IMG/VR virus record: IMGVR_UViG_3300011113_000257
Span: 32,001-96,000 of that record
DNA length: 64,000 nucleotides
Reading direction: 5' to 3' (one strand)
Origin: a virus
The notes beneath the pieces were generated by a model that saw only the letters and a program-made list of their open reading frames with translations, made no database searches and was not told the origin of the DNA. Below, piece by piece: positions 58,786 to 64,000 of the stretch (its first letter is position 1; every line of letters starts with the position of its first letter). A program made the position numbers and the translations under genes.

Positions 58786-59419
58786 CTAAAAATCTACTAA
58801 AGTTACTTTTTTTATTTCCTCTACTAAATCTCCATACTCTGTGTATCCGTCCGAATCGCAGATACTAAGTTCAGAATCAGTATCCGTAACCCCAGCGTAT
58901 GCGTGTGTGACAGATGCTTTTGAAAGCATGTTAAAACCATCAAGTAACGAGTCAGCAATTCCATCTCTTTGAAGGCAAGATGCTAGAGCCCTTAATACAA
59001 CATCTTCATCTAAAGTTACATGGTCAACTGTATAAAAAACCATACTATTTGGGTGAGATTCATCGTAGCCTAAACCGTACCACTCTTCCCAGAGAGATTG
59101 ACCTACTCTAGAATCCTTCATCAAAAGCCTCGTCATCATCTCCAAGAGACATAACAAAATTACTTTCTAGTTCATCATCTTCTAGAAAATATACTTCTTT
59201 AGGATTCACCATTTGATAGATTCCAGCAACGGTGATTGAACCACACATGCAACAAGTTTCTACTGATTCAGTGTTTACTTTTTCTGGGACATCTACACTA
59301 ATCAATTTCATTAAGATTTGACCATCTTCATTCATGCTCTCTGGCTCCCAGAGAATGTGGTCATCTAAATAACATAGTTCGCACATAGCCATTGGTCTAG
59401 GGGCTTGTTCTGCTGACAT
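58786..59419 (-). CDS. Two acidic hypothetical proteins
   Basis: Contiguous ORFs; CELC...CCMCG in 59108-59419. Confidence 0.6.
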
Positions 59420-59452
59420 CTCAAAGACCTCCTGAGGACTATGTGAAACAGT

Positions 59453-59752
59453 CTACAGCAACTTAAAATTAGTTATAGTCCGTAAAGGTATTCTTTTTTG
59501 ACTTCTTATATTGGACAGTTCTTTAGGGGATAGACCACCCCAAACACCAAAAGTTTCGTGATGTATGCCCCATTCAGCACAATCATTTATGTGAACACAG
59601 TTAGCGCATAACTTCTTAGCCAAATGCACATTAGTAAAGTTTGTGTCTATTTGTTCTGGGTCATCTTCGTCTGCAGAATAAAAAAGGTCTCCACCAACTT
59701 CTCTACAAATAGGAGTTTCAAATTCCCAAGGTTCGCGAAGTTTTTTACTCAA
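59453..59752 (-). CDS. whiB: WhiB-family regulator
   Basis: C, AKKLCANC....DC, E.FGVWGGLS. Confidence 0.88.
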   Translation of the reverse strand: MSKKLREPWEFETPICREVGGDLFYSADEDDPEQIDTNFTNVHLAKKLCANCVHINDCAEWGIHHETFGVWGGLSPKELSNIRSQKRIPLRTITNFKLL

Positions 59753-59779
59753 GACCGTCCCGTTTCTGTTTTAAAAAAT

Positions 59780-60091
59780 TTACTTACTACTTTCTACACT
59801 ACCTACTTCAAAACCGCAACCAGCGTATCCAGCAATATCAATCCATGTATCAGGTTGGAAACCAGACTTTGAAGCGTAACGCGCTAACTTCAAACCAACC
59901 ATCATCATTGCAACATCTTCAGGAGTAATCTCTGTGCCAACAATTACAGACCAAATTTTTGCAATACGAGTAAAGTTTTCTTCTGGACCGCCATACTGTA
60001 AATCTCTATCTCCAGATATAATTTTTGCTGCTTCACGCAGAGCCTCTACACGAGGAAGGACATTTTGTTCCTGAGGGACCTGTTCAGACAT
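59780..60091 (-). CDS. DUF6378 family protein
   Basis: GDR..QYG..NF.RIA.IW..DVA.MM..LK..D...DIAGYA. Confidence 0.8.
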   Translation of the reverse strand: MSEQVPQEQNVLPRVEALREAAKIISGDRDLQYGGPEENFTRIAKIWSVIVGTEITPEDVAMMMVGLKLARYASKSGFQPDTWIDIAGYAGCGFEVGSVESSK

Positions 60092-60727
60092 CTCTACCTC
60101 TTACTATTATGGTTGCTTCGTAGTCGTTATCAGCAGATACATCTACATTCTCAACTACATTAATTTCATAATTAAATTTTGATTTTACATCTTCTACATC
60201 TATTTGAAAAAAATCAGAAATTCTGTGCTCAGCAATTTCTATCAATTCATCGTGACTATCAGCATATACAGTAAATTTAAGAGATGTTACAACACTCATA
60301 GAATTGCAATCAGTTTTTCTAGTTTATATGGTGAGTAGTGAGAGCCATCTAGTACTGGCTCTTTTCCATCTGTAGTTTTAATAATAATGTCGCCATAACG
60401 AACGGCTACTACACGACCTCTTCTTCCATTGTGAAGTTGACCTAATTCTCCTTCAAATGCATCTGCCATAACACGAACCTCATCCCCAACTCTTACAAAA
60501 CCCGGACGCGCTGGTTCCCAGATTTCATCCGAAGGAGATTCAACAATTGAAACGCTACAAGCAAGAAGAGAGAATAGTTGAGTAACTTTATTGTCATTCT
60601 TATCTTCGTGACTTAGTGTTGACCAAACTTCTAGTAGTTTTACTACAGAAGTTCCAACGTCAACAGGAACCTTTGCTTGCTCTAGTTGGCTCTTAGCCCA
60701 ATTAGTGTCTAGTTTTTTCATATACAT
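60084..60727 (-). CDS. Two hypothetical proteins (60084-60299, 60296-60727)
   Basis: Overlapping start/stop codons within the operon. Confidence 0.65.
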
Positions 60728-60756
60728 ACCTCGCTGTGTAGTTTAATTTTAGTGTA

Positions 60757-61770
60757 CTAATCGTTAAATATCGCTGATGAAACTCTTTCTAAAGTTTCTT
60801 CATAAGTATTAATTGCTTTTTTATAGTCTTTTTCCTGACTTATAGCAAGTTGAACTCTTTCAGAGTCAGACATATCCTCAACGGTATGACCAAGAACTGA
60901 CCAAGACTCTCCAAGATATGATGTATGTTTCCAATCAGAAATCACAGGAGTTTTAACAAATAAAGATTGAGCAAGGTTTACTGACCACCAAGGCTCGTCA
61001 TTTTTGTATACCGAAATAAGAGAACCAATAGATTTATTTAAGTTAGATAGAACTGAAGAATTCCCTGCAGTTTTTGAGACAACCATAGGAGATGCTTCCC
61101 TAGATAAAGTTTTAGATATTTTAGATATCCAAGGGGTCTTGGTGTCATAAGACCAACCAGAAACGTCTGACTTCATATATAAACCAGTACTACTAAGATT
61201 TTTAAAAGTAACAGAATCTAGACATAATGGCTCTACTAAATCATCAGATAGATTAGGTATGTGATTAGTGACATTAGAATTTTTAAACCAAGGAAAAGAC
61301 GGAACTAAAGTAGAGTTCCAATTATTTTTATATAAATCTTCTACTACAGACTGAAGTCTTTCTAGTTCCTTATGCTTGCTTGCGTTAAAAAACTCACTTC
61401 TACGAGAGTAAAAGTCTTTTACTAAATCATCTGGATTCTGAGATATCGCCCTAATTCCGTTCCACAACCTGTGAGGCTCTGGAGCATCAACTAGATATTT
61501 TAGATTAGTTACAGATTTAGCCCTGTCAATAACTGACAAAGCACCATATAAACGATACGCAGTAATACTTGTAGGGGCTGTAAGACCGACAACTACTGTG
61601 TCATATTTACTTAACTGCGCCTCTGTGAGTCGCATTGACGGCGTATCCCACACAACTTCGTGACCTGCTTCGGTTAAAGATTGAACAAGTAAACCAGTAA
61701 ATGTAGGAATTTTTTTAGCAACAGACGACGAAGTTTGAGCAGAACTACATCCAGTGATGAGCACTTTCAT
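60757..61770 (-). CDS. Putative GT-B fold glycosyltransferase
   Basis: MKVLITG..L...GHEV.W..YD.VVVG N-terminus; PV..DW near the C-terminus. Confidence 0.5.
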   Translation of the reverse strand: MKVLITGCSSAQTSSSVAKKIPTFTGLLVQSLTEAGHEVVWDTPSMRLTEAQLSKYDTVVVGLTAPTSITAYRLYGALSVIDRAKSVTNLKYLVDAPEPHRLWNGIRAISQNPDDLVKDFYSRRSEFFNASKHKELERLQSVVEDLYKNNWNSTLVPSFPWFKNSNVTNHIPNLSDDLVEPLCLDSVTFKNLSSTGLYMKSDVSGWSYDTKTPWISKISKTLSREASPMVVSKTAGNSSVLSNLNKSIGSLISVYKNDEPWWSVNLAQSLFVKTPVISDWKHTSYLGESWSVLGHTVEDMSDSERVQLAISQEKDYKKAINTYEETLERVSSAIFND

Positions 61771-61859
61771 ATTTGTAACCTATCTCGTTTCTATACTTTG
61801 TGAACTAATAAGAAAACCTTCCAACTTTCGCTGGAAGGTAATCTTACTAAGTCAAAGAC

Positions 61860-62396
61860 TTAGAACGGTGCTGACGGCGCTGCTGGCGCTGGAGCAGGTG
61901 CTGGCGCTGGAGCAGGTGCTGGAGCAGGTGCTGGAGCAGGTGCTGCTTGAGCCTGTTCTACAGCCCAAGGGTCTGTAGTAGGTGCTGCTGACTGAGCAGA
62001 GAAGTAACGCTTGATTTCGTTCTTCTTGTTACCCTGCCATACGCGACTACCAACCTGTGCACGGAATGCACGACCACGAAGAGCCTGCTCAATTTGAGCG
62101 TTGCTTGGACCTTGGTCAAAGAAATCTTTACCAAGACCAAGTGCCGACATCTTCGAGAAGAAGATACCAAGTGCGCTTGGATTGTCTGTAGTTACAACTA
62201 AGTTGTCCCAAACAAGACGCTTGTTATGAGGTCCACCCTGAACTTCAGCCTTAACTGAGAACATAGTTTTACCCGATTGAGTTTGCTTTGCAACGCCCTC
62301 AAGAACTACCAAGTCGTAGTCACCGTCTGGTAGTGGTTCGTATGATGATGTTTCTCCAGCCTCTTTAATGAGGTCTGACCAGTTTAAGGTACTCAT
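61860..62396 (-). CDS. DUF669-type ssDNA-binding protein
   Basis: YEPLPDG.Y, WDNL, NEIK; (PA)n tail ending in PF; adjacent to Sak4. Confidence 0.8.
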   Translation of the reverse strand: MSTLNWSDLIKEAGETSSYEPLPDGDYDLVVLEGVAKQTQSGKTMFSVKAEVQGGPHNKRLVWDNLVVTTDNPSALGIFFSKMSALGLGKDFFDQGPSNAQIEQALRGRAFRAQVGSRVWQGNKKNEIKRYFSAQSAAPTTDPWAVEQAQAAPAPAPAPAPAPAPAPAPAPAAPSAPF

Positions 62397-62399
62397 ACC

Positions 62400-63179
62400 T
62401 TATCCTTCTTTCTTTGTCGTTTTGGTAGCCGATGCTACAGGTTGCTTCTCACCGAAAACAATGTCAAGCATACGTTCGATGGAAAGATTTTCTTGATGAA
62501 CAGCAGAGCCAAGGCGACCTTGAACACGCTCTCCTGCTTCGTACTGATTATTACGTTCTACATACATCTTACGAACTTTGTATGCAGGACTTAATGGGTC
62601 AGGATTAGGAACTTCCTCAGTTGTAATTGCACCAAGGATGTCATAAAAGTATGGAGCCTGAATTGCTAACTGACCCTGCAAGTAAGGACGCATACGTCCA
62701 TCTTGACCTGTACGAGCCATTGCAGTTAAGACTACTGCTTCTAATGGATTAGTTGCGTGCATAGTTAAATCACGAAGGTCGCGTAAAAGACCGCCCATGT
62801 GACGAAGTAATTCGCCCCATTGTTGCATCTTCATTTGCTCGCTACCTGCGATGCTATCTACACACTTAACTTGAAGTTCAGAGATTGAGTCAATAATAAG
62901 ACTCTTAAACTGATGTTTTCCGCTCTGAAGCCACTGATATGCCTTAATGACATCTTGATAGTCTCGAACTTGTACGACACATGTGTCCCAAGTTCCGTCT
63001 GCTACTGGTGGCTCCTCTCGGAGTGGGTCCCAATACTTAACAATGATAGGGAGGAATCTATGTCCACCCTCAACGTCAAGCATTAGGCGCGGATACGGCG
63101 CGGTGACCGCAAAAGTGGACTTTCCAACTTTTGACTCACCGTAGACCATAACTGTTAGTGAACGCTGAATGTCACCCAT
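62400..63179 (-). CDS. Sak4-like AAA_24 ATPase (single-strand annealing)
   Basis: YGESKVGKST, LDVEGG, IIDSISE. Confidence 0.85.
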   Translation of the reverse strand: MGDIQRSLTVMVYGESKVGKSTFAVTAPYPRLMLDVEGGHRFLPIIVKYWDPLREEPPVADGTWDTCVVQVRDYQDVIKAYQWLQSGKHQFKSLIIDSISELQVKCVDSIAGSEQMKMQQWGELLRHMGGLLRDLRDLTMHATNPLEAVVLTAMARTGQDGRMRPYLQGQLAIQAPYFYDILGAITTEEVPNPDPLSPAYKVRKMYVERNNQYEAGERVQGRLGSAVHQENLSIERMLDIVFGEKQPVASATKTTKKEG

Positions 63180-63182
63180 AAG

Positions 63183-64000
63183 TTAATCGCTACCTTTCTT
63201 GTCATTTTCGTAATATGAATAGGGGTCTCCCTCTTCAAACATTTCTGTCAATGCTTGTTCTCCTGCACTTCCATCGTCAAACAGAGTACATACAGTAAAA
63301 AATTGACACTTCCACTTACAATCACGGGTCGCATGAGGATACGCAACTGATGCATGGCTTGTACCTTCGTCAAGTGCTGTACGCACTCGCATTAGGTCTG
63401 CAATAGTACCGTGGATACGGTCCCAAAATGAGCGCAACGTGAAGATATTATGTCGCACTTCAATCTGGTCGTAGAACGGTGGTTTTGCTGAAGCAGTACG
63501 CTTTACCTTTTTTAGCATCGTAAAGATGCCACCTTCGGAGCGTTCTCCTTCTTTATTCTGGAAAGACTCCAGAAGCATATAAGTTAGCACCTGTTCGTTC
63601 ATAGGTGCAAGATTGGCAAAGTCTGAGAGCGACCCACCAACAGTTTTAAAGTCACGAAACATACGCACACCGTCAATCCTGCGACGAACACGCATATCCA
63701 ACTTACCTTGAAGTTCTACTTCACCGTTGAATAGAGGAGCAATAATTGTTTCTTCTGTAGAAATCATTTCTAGTTCAGAGTCAATACCGTTCTCTTCAAC
63801 CCACTGCTCGTAGCCCTCAAGCATAATACGACCTAGTTCGGCTTCGCTATCAAGAGTGTCAGTGTCCCGAAACTCCGAGATAAGAGTCTCTCTATCAAGG
63901 TCAACTAATCGAGAATGAGCCTTTAGTAGAGGAACACCATTTGCATAGTGGTCGTCAAGGGCAGCATGGATACGAGAACCTAATGCAAGCGCACCCGTGT
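63183..64000 (-). CDS. Cas4/RecB-like PD-(D/E)XK exonuclease, 5' end outside the window
   Basis: GS.IHAAL, GKLD, DFKT, Q...Y, C.W.C.F...C; frame is open to the edge. Confidence 0.85.
   Translation of the reverse strand, partial: TGALALGSRIHAALDDHYANGVPLLKAHSRLVDLDRETLISEFRDTDTLDSEAELGRIMLEGYEQWVEENGIDSELEMISTEETIIAPLFNGEVELQGKLDMRVRRRIDGVRMFRDFKTVGGSLSDFANLAPMNEQVLTYMLLESFQNKEGERSEGGIFTMLKKVKRTASAKPPFYDQIEVRHNIFTLRSFWDRIHGTIADLMRVRTALDEGTSHASVAYPHATRDCKWKCQFFTVCTLFDDGSAGEQALTEMFEEGDPYSYYENDKKGSD

Noticed and set aside
61878-61950. GC-rich tandem repeat
   Set aside because: Encodes the ordinary (Pro-Ala)n flexible tail of the SSB
63183-64000. Cas4-like gene as evidence of a CRISPR system
   Set aside because: It sits in the standard phage exonuclease-Sak4-SSB recombination module

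Overview
Fragment of a large lytic-looking tailed dsDNA phage of Actinobacteria. The host call rests on two WhiB proteins, a ClgR-like regulator, DUF3039, DUF1360 and many leaderless genes; the low GC is consistent with a freshwater actinobacterial host (inference). Core genes: portal, large terminase, prim-pol/SF3 helicase, Sak4-SSB-Cas4-like recombination trio, class II RNR (NrdJ), thioredoxin, ThyX, dCMP deaminase, M23 endolysin, NlpC/P60, r1t-type holin, a serine recombinase, two Mom-like GNATs and glycan enzymes. About 5.2-29.4 kb is an accessory island of small, mostly minus-strand genes in stereotyped cassettes: sigma70-type promoter with TGTCAGG in the spacer, a 5' hairpin with an A-starting pentaloop, an AAAGGG-type RBS, ORF, terminator, and a 14-bp boundary motif AAAAAATTTCAGTT. 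The best candidate for an undescribed system is a set of non-coding hairpins whose CU-rich loops are complementary to ribosome-binding sites of the phage's own genes. These are two stand-alone three-hairpin RNAs (10.93-11.06 kb and 42.48-42.66 kb) and several 3'-UTR hairpins, including a pair after the MoxR operon whose two loops match the RBSs of exactly the two genes of that operon. Other notable items: an atypical tRNA-Tyr, a neighbouring structured RNA, a probable origin with DnaA boxes and iterons, an HDAC/phosphatase/proteasome-beta cluster, and strand-polarised CCGC/CCGT-rich domains. All family calls come from motif recognition by eye; no searches were run.
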